NCBI GenBank assembly: GCA_964612625.1
Contig: CAZTCK010000001.1
Span: 34,284 to 63,203, forward strand
Source of the DNA: an uncultured archaeon
GTDB taxonomy: Archaea > Aenigmatarchaeota > Aenigmatarchaeia > QMZP01 > QMZT01
DNA: 28,920 bases
Direction: 5' to 3'
Part shown: one piece after another, positions 9,075 through 17,285 of the stretch
Layout of the letters: every line of letters starts with the position of its first letter
Numbering within the stretch: position 1 is the first letter of the stretch
Notes under the pieces: model-generated
Seen by the model: only the letters and a program-made list of their open reading frames with translations
The model's database searches: none
What the model was told of the DNA's origin: nothing
Made by a program: the position numbers and the translations under genes

Positions 9075-9155
9075 TGGAAAATATTGGAGAGGTGATATAA
9101 ATTTTTTACTTTTTCACAACAACTTCACGAAAGTTATTTAAATATTTTTTCCAAT

Positions 9156-10244
9156 ATGAAAACTATGAATCACGAAATGAAGCCAAGTGAAAGCTATATG
9201 AAGATATTTAACTGGAGGGAGAACCCTTTCAGCTTCAAAATTCTTCCCAACCTCTTTGTCGGATACGGAAAAGAAATAGAAAAAATATCAAAAAGCATAG
9301 AAAACAACGAAAAACTTTCAATACTCATAGGCCCGACGGGTTCCGGAAAAACGACATTTATGAAGTTTTTGGCAGAAAGTTTTAAGGGCAAAAGAAAGGT
9401 TTTTTATCTCTCCAAACCACCGAAAAATCCGGAGGACTGGGTGAAGATTTTTACAAACTTCATAGGATTTGGTTTTTTCGAACGTTTATTTTCACGCAAA
9501 AAAGAAATAAACTTGTACAATCTTAGTGAGTGGGTGAACAAAAAAATGAAAAATGTAAATATGACATTACTTGTAGATGAAGGTCATGAAGCGAGTATCG
9601 AGACGCTTGAATGGCTCAGAACACTCACGGACCAAATAGACAATCTTTCGGTTGTTATGGCAGGATTGCCTGTTCTTGACTCTGTACTCAGGGAAAATCT
9701 CGAAACTTTCACGCGAAGAGTGAACACAAGGATCGAACTCACGAATCTGACAAAATCAGAAACAAGAGAACTTATTAAGAGGAGAATAGAATGGGTCGGG
9801 GGAGAGGACATAAAGCCGTTCATCTCAGAGACTGTAGAATTCATACACCAGAAAACAGGAGGATTCCCGAGGGAAGTCATAAGGGTCTGCAACGAACTTG
9901 TAAAAGCTGCGGTGGAGAAGAATATTTCAACAATTGATATGAATTTCCTGAAAGATTCCGAACCAGTTTCGCGCGGAAGGATTATGCTTAACTCCTTGAA
10001 CACGCTCCCTTCTAAACAAAGAAGTATCATTCAGATACTGGATGAACACGGAGAATTGACGCCGGCAGAAATTGTGGAAAAGATGGATACAGGAAGCTAC
10101 AAAAACAAGGACAACGCAATCAGATCCGTCAACAACATACTCAAAAGACTTGTTGAGGAGGGCTTTGTTCTCAGAAACAGAAGGGGAAAAAGTTATCAGT
10201 ATTCCCTCTCAGACAAAATAAAAACGCTGATGGTGAATGCATAA
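9156..10244 (+). CDS. ExeA/GspA-like AAA+ ATPase with C-terminal winged-helix domain
   Basis: FNWRENPFS N-terminal motif, Walker A GPTGSGKTT, Walker B LLVDEGHE, Arg-finger RRV, GGFPREV. C-terminal ~80 aa LPSKQRSIIQILDEHGELTPAEIVEKM..VNNILKRLVEEGFV.R is BlaI/MarR-like wHTH. Start could be 9156, 9165, 9177 or 9198. Confidence 0.8.
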   Translation: MKTMNHEMKPSESYMKIFNWRENPFSFKILPNLFVGYGKEIEKISKSIENNEKLSILIGPTGSGKTTFMKFLAESFKGKRKVFYLSKPPKNPEDWVKIFTNFIGFGFFERLFSRKKEINLYNLSEWVNKKMKNVNMTLLVDEGHEASIETLEWLRTLTDQIDNLSVVMAGLPVLDSVLRENLETFTRRVNTRIELTNLTKSETRELIKRRIEWVGGEDIKPFISETVEFIHQKTGGFPREVIRVCNELVKAAVEKNISTIDMNFLKDSEPVSRGRIMLNSLNTLPSKQRSIIQILDEHGELTPAEIVEKMDTGSYKNKDNAIRSVNNILKRLVEEGFVLRNRRGKSYQYSLSDKIKTLMVNA

Positions 10245-10294
10245 ATTTTTAAATAGTTTGGTTTCATAATATACATATCATTCAGGGGGATGTT

Positions 10295-10555
10295 ATGGAA
10301 GAAAGGATAAGAAGCAGAGATTTGATGGGAAAAATTCTGGTTTCGGAGGAAAGCGGAAAGAAATTCGGAGTGGTTGGTGATGTTGACTATATAGTTGAAT
10401 CAGGAGAACTGATAAACCTCGTTCTCGTACAGCCAACAAAACACGCAAATGAACTCAACCTCCAGGAAGATGACAAAGGAAGGGTCCTGATACCGTTCTC
10501 AGCGGTAAAGTCAGTTGGAGATTTTGTGATAGTGACCGAAAAGGACCTCATATGA
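10295..10555 (+). CDS. PRC-barrel domain protein (CdpB-like archaeal family)
   Basis: LMGKILVSEESGKKFGVVGDV..ESGEL..L.V and GRVLIPFSAVKSVGDFVIV pattern; SD-like AGGGGGA upstream. Confidence 0.85.
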   Translation: MEERIRSRDLMGKILVSEESGKKFGVVGDVDYIVESGELINLVLVQPTKHANELNLQEDDKGRVLIPFSAVKSVGDFVIVTEKDLI

Positions 10556-10592
10556 ATTTCCGCTTTTCCTTTTGTTTCTGGGATAGATATAA

Positions 10593-10609
10593 ATTTGACC
10601 CGGTCAAAT
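10593..10609. promoter_or_regulatory. Perfect palindrome ATTTGACC-C-GGTCAAAT, putative operator
   Basis: 8-bp arms with a 1-nt spacer, between the TATA-like ATATAAAT (10587-10594) and ATG 10619 of the HTH gene. Confidence 0.6.
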
Positions 10610-10618
10610 AATAATATT

Positions 10619-10921
10619 ATGTCCAGAAAATCCTACTACAGAAACACCGTAAAAAACGTTATACGGATACTCAGTTTGCTAAAAAAATCAGAGGAAAACG
10701 GAGAGCTGCTTACCATATCAAAAATATCCAAACTCACAGGACTCCATAAATGGACTGTTTCCCGGACAATAGACATATATATGTCGCCCTATGTCGAAAT
10801 AACCGTTCCGGACGGCTTTGAGGATGTTGGACTAAAGATAAAATTCGTTAGACTCAAGAACCCGAGGATAACAAAAGAACAGGCCCTGAGATTTCTCAAA
10901 TTCAGAACTCTCACTTTTTAG
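10619..10921 (+). CDS. Small helix-turn-helix protein, putative transcription regulator
   Basis: [22 protein letters not shown] is an HTH of the IclR/ArsR style. ATG 10619 lies about 25-30 nt after the TATA (leaderless) and is preferred over TTG 10595. Convergent with radA with a 4-nt overlap. Confidence 0.7.
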   Translation: MSRKSYYRNTVKNVIRILSLLKKSEENGELLTISKISKLTGLHKWTVSRTIDIYMSPYVEITVPDGFEDVGLKIKFVRLKNPRITKEQALRFLKFRTLTF

Positions 10922-11865
10922 TCTCTCACACCTTCAGTCAAAACCCTGAATACAGCTTCGCCCTCCGGAAGGTTCGGGGAGTCTATGAGCTTTGCGATTC
11001 TCTTTTCACCTTTTGACTTTCTCAGATAAACGCGAAACGTCGCCTGGTGTCCAAGTATGTGCCCTCCGATAGGGGCGGTTGGGTCGCCAAAAAGAACATC
11101 CGGTCTTGCCATAACCTGGTTGGTTACATAAATCGCAAGGTTATAGACGTCTGCCAGTCTCTGGAGATGATGGAGATGACGGTTGAGTTTTTGCTGGCGG
11201 TCTGCAAGCGTCCCTCTTCCTGTATAATCCGAACGGAATGAGGATGTGAGAGAGTCTATAATCATAAGTTTCACATTTTCTTTCTTTATAATATCCTCCG
11301 CCTTTTCAGCGAGCAATACCTGATGGTCAGAATTGTACGCTCTCGCAACGAAGATGTTTTCAAGCGTCTTGTCGGGGTTCAGACCAAGTGCCTCGGCCAT
11401 CTGTTTTACCCTTTCGGGTCTGAACGTCTGTTCGGTGTCTATGAATATAACCTTTCCCTCAAGACCTCCTTTTTCTTTTGGTAACTGGACAGAAACTGCC
11501 AGCTGGTGCGCAAGCTGGGATTTTCCGGAGCCGTATGCCCCGTGCATCTCGGTTATTGCCTGCGTTTCAACACCACCGCCGAGAAGGCTATCAAGCGCTT
11601 TGGAACACGTAGTTATTTTGCCTATGTTTTCTCTTTTTTTGAGAACATCCTTTGCTGACTCAAAACCCATTTTTAGTTTCTGTCTTGCGGCTGCAATAAT
11701 TTTGTTTGCGGTCTCCACCCCTATTCCCGTTGCTGCAGAAAGCTCCCCGGCAGAAGAAGCCGCAATGCTCATAAGATTGTCATATCCGGCCTCTTTCATC
11801 TTTTCCAAGGTCTTTTCACCGACACCCGGAAGACTTTCTATATCCTTTGTCATATCAATCGGCAT
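10918..11865 (-). CDS. radA: DNA repair and recombination protein RadA
   Basis: N-terminal HhH (LPGVGEKT), LLGGGVET, Walker [32 protein letters not shown] and GGHILGH; no intein. Start 11865 or 11853. Confidence 0.98.
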   Translation of the reverse strand: MPIDMTKDIESLPGVGEKTLEKMKEAGYDNLMSIAASSAGELSAATGIGVETANKIIAAARQKLKMGFESAKDVLKKRENIGKITTCSKALDSLLGGGVETQAITEMHGAYGSGKSQLAHQLAVSVQLPKEKGGLEGKVIFIDTEQTFRPERVKQMAEALGLNPDKTLENIFVARAYNSDHQVLLAEKAEDIIKKENVKLMIIDSLTSSFRSDYTGRGTLADRQQKLNRHLHHLQRLADVYNLAIYVTNQVMARPDVLFGDPTAPIGGHILGHQATFRVYLRKSKGEKRIAKLIDSPNLPEGEAVFRVLTEGVRD

Positions 11866-11885
11866 TTATATTTCATTTTAATATA

Positions 11886-12896
11886 TTAATCTTTAACTCT
11901 CATCTTCCCAAGAAGTTTTTCCGCTTCTTTCTTGGGGTCTGCCTCTTCGACCCAGTTTGCCACCAACTCAAGTCTTTCCGTTATCCTGTTCCTCCTGAGC
12001 CTGCCCCTTATTATAAATTCCTTCCCGAGTGGCAATTCTTCGTACACCTGAGCCGGTTCGCCCATTTTTCTCAGTTCATCCACACTCCTTCCGATAATTT
12101 TTTCGGCAAGCTCCCTGAAAAAGACGGCATTCACATTTCCGGACCCGTCATCTATTACACCCGAAAGGACGAGCGTATACTTTGGCTCCACGCGGTTGTG
12201 CTCTCTGCATTTCCAAGCATCCCCTTCCCTTTCCAGTCTGGACTCGCATACAGGGCATACTTCAAAAAAGAGATTTTTTCTGAAAATCTGGACAAGAGAT
12301 GCCCTGACTTCAACGTATTCCCCTTCTTTGAGATCGCATATGCTCTTTACCTTCAATTCTTGGTTCTCCTGGCCCGAATCGGCAACTTCATGTATTTCGA
12401 TATCGGACTTTTCCATCCGCCCTCCTCTACCGAGCCGTATCTCGCAACCACCCATTCCATTTTCCTTCACGTAACCTCCGGTTATCTTCACAACATCACC
12501 AATCTTCACGTCAAGTTTATTCAGAATGTCTATTTCCCTGTCCCAGAGAGACACCCTCGCGGTTCCCGTTTCATCACCTATCGTAACATTCACAACGCTC
12601 CCCTTTCTCCCTCCTTTCTCGAAATCCCTCCTTTCGGATATGTTCACGACTTTTCCCACAACATCAACCAGACGCATCCCAGGAATCACATTCTTTATCT
12701 TGAGCGTCCGCTTTTTGACTTCCCTGAAAAGATTCACCCCGAGTTCTTTCCCGACTATGTATGCGGCACCTTCTGGTGATACCAGGCCGGAAAGTTCAAC
12801 CTGCTTTTCCTCTATCTTCTTTTTCACTTCCTCTTCCGAAAGCCCGGAACCTTTTGCAATTTCCCCGACAATCTCCTTTAGGGAAAACATAAACAT
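11886..12896 (-). CDS. rpa: Replication protein A (OB folds plus Zn finger)
   Basis: N-terminal helical GLVSPEGAAYIVGKELGV, OB fold (IGDETGTARVSLWD), second OB fold with CPVC..CREH zinc finger and DDGSGNV. Start 12896 or 12890. Confidence 0.88.
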   Translation of the reverse strand: MFMFSLKEIVGEIAKGSGLSEEEVKKKIEEKQVELSGLVSPEGAAYIVGKELGVNLFREVKKRTLKIKNVIPGMRLVDVVGKVVNISERRDFEKGGRKGSVVNVTIGDETGTARVSLWDREIDILNKLDVKIGDVVKITGGYVKENGMGGCEIRLGRGGRMEKSDIEIHEVADSGQENQELKVKSICDLKEGEYVEVRASLVQIFRKNLFFEVCPVCESRLEREGDAWKCREHNRVEPKYTLVLSGVIDDGSGNVNAVFFRELAEKIIGRSVDELRKMGEPAQVYEELPLGKEFIIRGRLRRNRITERLELVANWVEEADPKKEAEKLLGKMRVKD

Positions 12897-12942
12897 CTCG
12901 AATAAACTTTGAAAGTCATCTATAAAAACTTATACGCTGAAG

Positions 12943-14628
12943 CTATTCTATTATCCTGAGACCCGTATACGTTCTCAGAACCCGGGCCGCTTTCTTTGCT
13001 TTTGTTTTGTATGGCGGGATATCCTTCTCTACCCATTCCATTATTATAGAAGGTTCCTTGTAATAGAGGTTGATCAGTTTTCCAACTTCATCAAAATCCG
13101 TAACACCAAACTTTCGCATCCATTCGAGTATCTTTGCCCTTGTTTTGAGTTCCTTTACGATTTCCTCGTATGTCACCCCCTTGTCAAATGCCATCTTTTT
13201 AAGAAGATAGGATTCTTCCAGGTTCTCCGAGAACGTATCTGTCGAGGGGTTCCAGTCAAATACCTTTATTGTGTGCGGCGTCCCTGTTTTCGGGTCAACA
13301 GATTCTATTTCATTTACTTCTTTGACCCTCCTTGCGGATTTGCCCTTCTCCTTTGCATGGACCATGACAACCACGATATCGAGTGTTTCTATCAGAGTTG
13401 GCGATAGTTCGATAGGGGGGGTCTCCAGACGTTTTATAACGTCTTCCACGGAGCCGGCATGTATAGTTCCGAGAGATGAGTGACCGCTTGCCATACCCTG
13501 AAACATAACATACGCTTCCCTCCCTCTCACTTCACCAACTATTACGTAATCCGGATTCTGCCTAAACGATTCCTTCAACAATTCGAATAACGTGACCTCA
13601 CCGTATCTCTTTCCGCCGACTTCAGGCACTCCGAACCCGATTCTGGAAACACTCGGTATCCAGTTCTCATGCGGGAGGTTGAGCTCGCGCGTATCCTCTA
13701 TCGAGACGATTTTGTCCTCAGGAGGGATAAACATGCTCATCACATTCAGGAATGTGGTTTTGCCTGTTGAAACCCCCCCGCAAATGAGGGTCGAGGTTCT
13801 CGATTCCACCATCAACCAGAGATATGCCATGAGGTCTGATGACGCCGTGTTGAAATTCAAGATGTCTATCGGGGAGAACGGTTCAACCCTGAACTTTCGT
13901 ATGGAAAATGTCGGGCCCTTCGTCGTGACGTCCTTCGCGAGTGTGGCCTGAACCCTCGACCCGTCCGGAAGCGAACCGTCAAGCAGGGGTTTTGCGTATG
14001 ATATGTATCTCCCGCAGCGTTCCGCGAGTTTTATGACAAAGTTGTTCAGATAACCACTGTCCTTGAAAACTATATTTGTTTCAATTGAGCCGAATTTCCT
14101 GTGGACAACAAAAACAGGGGTGTTCAAACCCGGGCATCCTATGTCTTCTATGTACGGGTCGTGAAGCAATCCCTCGATCTCGTTAAACCCGACAAAGTCC
14201 CGGTATATGTAATAAGTTATCTTTGCATACGTTTCGCCCGGTATCACGAGATTTTCATCTTCCAGAATTTTCTGCAGTTTCCCCTGTATGTATTCGAAAA
14301 CCTTCCCTCCTTCCCTGACCGCGGAAAGCTCGACGTCTATTATCTCAAGCAAATCCCTTTTTACAGTCTCCAGAATTTCTTTTTCATTCTTCGATAATCC
14401 CGGTTCTATCACGTGATAGACAAGACCCTTTTTTTCATGATTCCATTTTATGTGGGCATACACGAACGGCTCGAGAAGGGGGTATTTGACGTCGATTTCT
14501 GTGGCCTTTTTGAAGGAAGGGAAGATAATGAGGTGACGCGGTTCTCTTATCTCCACGCGAGGATATTTTATCCTTCCTGCCGTCCTGATTTTTTCTATTT
14601 TTTCCCTAAGTGCCCCCCTCAGGTTCAT
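12943..14628 (-). CDS. Type II/IV secretion / type IV pilus assembly ATPase (FlaI/VirB11/TadA family)
   Basis: GLLHDPYIEDIGC, PLLDGSLPDGSRVQAT, FSIRKF, Walker A GGVSTGKTT, IEDTREL, LKESFRQNPDYVIVGEVRG and GHSSLGTIHA. Confidence 0.95.
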   Translation of the reverse strand: MNLRGALREKIEKIRTAGRIKYPRVEIREPRHLIIFPSFKKATEIDVKYPLLEPFVYAHIKWNHEKKGLVYHVIEPGLSKNEKEILETVKRDLLEIIDVELSAVREGGKVFEYIQGKLQKILEDENLVIPGETYAKITYYIYRDFVGFNEIEGLLHDPYIEDIGCPGLNTPVFVVHRKFGSIETNIVFKDSGYLNNFVIKLAERCGRYISYAKPLLDGSLPDGSRVQATLAKDVTTKGPTFSIRKFRVEPFSPIDILNFNTASSDLMAYLWLMVESRTSTLICGGVSTGKTTFLNVMSMFIPPEDKIVSIEDTRELNLPHENWIPSVSRIGFGVPEVGGKRYGEVTLFELLKESFRQNPDYVIVGEVRGREAYVMFQGMASGHSSLGTIHAGSVEDVIKRLETPPIELSPTLIETLDIVVVMVHAKEKGKSARRVKEVNEIESVDPKTGTPHTIKVFDWNPSTDTFSENLEESYLLKKMAFDKGVTYEEIVKELKTRAKILEWMRKFGVTDFDEVGKLINLYYKEPSIIMEWVEKDIPPYKTKAKKAARVLRTYTGLRIIE

Positions 14629-14636
14629 TCAGACCC

Positions 14637-14894
14637 CTATCTCTTCTTTTTGACAATTCTTCTGTGCCTAGCGCATGCAGGGCAGACGTAAATTTTTGTG
14701 GTTGAAAGTGAGATTCTCCTCCTCCCCATCTCCTTTCTGAGGGAAGGGTCTGTTATCGAGAATCCCCTGTACATGGAAAATGTTTTGTATTTCGGAACCT
14801 TTCTCCCACAGAAACCACACGTGACCATGGTTTCCTTTCCCCTTGTCTTCGTGTGATGCCATCCCCTTTTGTAAAACTGCTTTTTGGTCATCAT
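14637..14894 (-). CDS. rps26e: 30S ribosomal protein eS26 (S26e)-like zinc-binding protein
   Basis: RGK..V.CGFCGR.VPK.K, DPSLRKE, Y.CPACA.H..IV match the archaeal/eukaryotic S26e pattern with all four Zn-ligand cysteines; SD AGGTGA upstream. Confidence 0.8.
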   Translation of the reverse strand: MMTKKQFYKRGWHHTKTRGKETMVTCGFCGRKVPKYKTFSMYRGFSITDPSLRKEMGRRRISLSTTKIYVCPACARHRRIVKKKR

Positions 14895-14985
14895 CTCACC
14901 TGCACTTTATATTTAAACTGATATTATATAAGAAAATCAGGGTAACTTTAAATATTAATCAGGACATCCACATATATGTGATAGC

Positions 14986-16392
14986 ATGAAAGAAAAGTTG
15001 AAACAGATTTCGGATTACGAATGGGTACTGAATAAAGACGCCAGACCGAAAATGAACGTAGGGGCAAAGGTGGTTGGAAACAAGAGGGTGGTCGACTCTC
15101 TCGAAGACGCCGCTGTCCAGCAGCTCACAAATGTTGCATGCCTTCCGGGGGTGATAGAACCGGTGATAGGTCTGCCTGATATGCACTGGGGTTACGGTTT
15201 GCCGATGGGGGCTGTGAGCGCATTCGATTTCGAGAAGGGTATAATATCCTCCGGTCTGTGCGGATTTGATATAAACTGCGGGATAAACTCAATACGAACG
15301 AATCTCACCTATGATGAAGTGAAACCGAAATTGAACGAATTGATAACCGGACTCTTCAAAAACGTGCCGTGCGGTGTGGGCGCAAAAGGACGGTTGAAGC
15401 TCACATACGACCAGCTCGACCAGGTCCTTACAAGGGGCATTAACTGGGCAATAGAAAATGGTTACGGGGACGAAGAAGACAGGAAGCATATTGAAGAAAA
15501 CGGATGTATGGAGGGAGCTGACCCTTCAAAGGTTTCTGACCTTGCGAAGAAGCGCGGCCTCCAGCAGCTTGGAACTCTCGGGGCCGGAAACCACTTTCTT
15601 GAAATACAAAGAGTTTCCGATATTTATGATGAAGAGACGGGGAAGAAATGGGGTATCCGCGAGAAAGATCAGATCCTGATAATGCTTCACTGCGGTTCAC
15701 GCGGTCTCGGGCATCAGGTAGCGACAGACTATCTGAAAATTCAGGAGAAGGCCGTAAAGAAGTACAATATATGGCTTCCTGACCCCCAGCTTGCATGCGC
15801 ACCAGCCACTTCGAAAGAAGGTCAGGATTACTTCACAGCGATGAAATGTGCTGTCAATTACTCGTTCACAAACCGTTTGGTTATGACGCAATGGATTCGC
15901 GAAACATTTGAGAAGGTGTTCGGAAAGGACTGGGAATCCATGGATATGCATACGATATACGGATTATGCCATAATGTGGTGAAAATAGAGGAACACGTGA
16001 TAGACGGGGAAAAGCGGAAGGTATACGTTCACAGAAAAGGCAGCACGCGTGCGTTCCCTGGTGACCCCGTTCTTATCGCAGGGACAATGGGCACTGCAAG
16101 TTACATTCTGAAAGGAACAAAAACAGCGATGGAAAAGACTTTCGGCTCGACCGTTCACGGTGCGGGGCGAAGGATGTCAAGGCACGCGGCCATTCGAAAA
16201 TTTTGGGGAGGGAAGGTCAAAGAGGAACTGGCAAAGAAGGGGATTGTTGCGCAATCAACCCACCCGAAGGTTCTCGCAGAGGAAAGTCCGGATGCGTACA
16301 AAAACGTTGATGATGTAATAGAAAGCGTTCACGGACTTGGAATTTCGCTGAAGGTTGCACGCATGACACCGATAGGCGTGTGCAAGGGATAA
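14986..16392 (+). CDS. rtcB: RNA-splicing ligase RtcB
   Basis: PDMHWGYGLPMG, DINCG, GAGNHFLE, HCGSRGLG, HNV, VHRKG, TVHGAGR and EESPDAYK motifs; no intein. Confidence 0.97.
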   Translation: MKEKLKQISDYEWVLNKDARPKMNVGAKVVGNKRVVDSLEDAAVQQLTNVACLPGVIEPVIGLPDMHWGYGLPMGAVSAFDFEKGIISSGLCGFDINCGINSIRTNLTYDEVKPKLNELITGLFKNVPCGVGAKGRLKLTYDQLDQVLTRGINWAIENGYGDEEDRKHIEENGCMEGADPSKVSDLAKKRGLQQLGTLGAGNHFLEIQRVSDIYDEETGKKWGIREKDQILIMLHCGSRGLGHQVATDYLKIQEKAVKKYNIWLPDPQLACAPATSKEGQDYFTAMKCAVNYSFTNRLVMTQWIRETFEKVFGKDWESMDMHTIYGLCHNVVKIEEHVIDGEKRKVYVHRKGSTRAFPGDPVLIAGTMGTASYILKGTKTAMEKTFGSTVHGAGRRMSRHAAIRKFWGGKVKEELAKKGIVAQSTHPKVLAEESPDAYKNVDDVIESVHGLGISLKVARMTPIGVCKG

Positions 16393-16393
16393 G

Positions 16394-16804
16394 TCATATG
16401 TCAAGGCTGACCACTACTTTATATCCTCTTTTTGTCTTTTCAAGAGAAAATTTGTAATACGTGACCGCTTTTACGAGCGTGCCCCCCTTTTCAGGTTTCG
16501 CCTCCTCCCCGTAACATTTCGCCTTCAGCCCCCTTTCATTTATTTCAACAACATCAAATTTCGAGAAGAATAGACCTTCTGTATCCACAAGCGATATCAG
16601 TTCCTGCAGCCAGTTGAACATGAGGTCTTTCGTATCATCTCCCTTTACGTTAACTTCCCTCTCAACTTTTGGTTTAACCTTTTCGATCTGGCATATCACA
16701 TTGAAGAGAGCGTAGGCTGCATTCTCAAAAAGTTCATTCAGATTCTTTCCGTACGCCTCGAATACCACGTCTGATGTGAGGTCATCTACGAATTTGTACC
16801 TCAT
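16394..16804 (-). CDS. Archease (RtcB cofactor)
   Basis: DDLTSDVVFEAYGKNLNELFENAA, LMFNWLQELI, VKAVTYY and C-terminal SLDI. Confidence 0.93.
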   Translation of the reverse strand: MRYKFVDDLTSDVVFEAYGKNLNELFENAAYALFNVICQIEKVKPKVEREVNVKGDDTKDLMFNWLQELISLVDTEGLFFSKFDVVEINERGLKAKCYGEEAKPEKGGTLVKAVTYYKFSLEKTKRGYKVVVSLDI

Positions 16805-16846
16805 AAAAAGATTTACGAGTGGATAAAATAAAAATTAGGATGGTGT

Positions 16847-17281
16847 TTAATACGGCCTGAACCCGAGACCCTGAATGTCGTATCTTCCTATCAAATCCTG
16901 CGCTCCCCTGCACTGAAGAGATTGGACAAAAACCTGCTTCAGCGTGTCATCCGCCGACAGTTTGACGGTTTTTATGTCCTGATACGAGATGTTGAGACTT
17001 TCGAATTTCTGGGAAACTATTGTTTCATTCTGATAAACCAGCCTTACAGAAAAACCCTCCAAAGGAACGTCACCGGTGTTGAAAAGCGCTAGGGACAGTT
17101 CTTTTGTATTGTTGTCGTAATAGGCCCTTTGTATGAGCAGCCCTGCTCTTGCACAGAACTGAAGCTCCGAACGGCTCTGCGTTACAAACTGCGTAGCCCA
17201 TCCTGCGAGAATTCCTGCAACAATCATGGTGAACGCTATCAGCATTATGACGGCAATCAGGGGGGATATACCTTTCCTCAT
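16847..17281 (-). CDS. Archaeal type IV pilin (class III signal peptide)
   Basis: MRKG|ISPLIAVIMLIAFT prepilin peptidase site and hydrophobic helix; two Cys; sequons NNT, NET and NIS. Confidence 0.9.
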   Translation of the reverse strand: MRKGISPLIAVIMLIAFTMIVAGILAGWATQFVTQSRSELQFCARAGLLIQRAYYDNNTKELSLALFNTGDVPLEGFSVRLVYQNETIVSQKFESLNISYQDIKTVKLSADDTLKQVFVQSLQCRGAQDLIGRYDIQGLGFRPY

Positions 17282-17285
17282 CTTA

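Noticed and set aside
9075-10620. Replication origin/ORB boxes near the AAA-wHTH gene
   Set aside because: No ORB-like GTTCCAGTGGAAAC/G-string motif or long AT-rich unwinding element; intergenic spaces are under 100 bp and the ATPase lacks Orc1/Cdc6 signatures.
11847-12779. 310-aa plus-strand ORF
   Set aside because: Antisense to rpa; the Phe/Pro/His-rich translation is the expected mirror of a purine-rich coding strand.
10918-16392. Inteins in RadA, the secretion ATPase or RtcB
   Set aside because: All have normal lengths and contiguous motifs, with no intein-like splice junctions.
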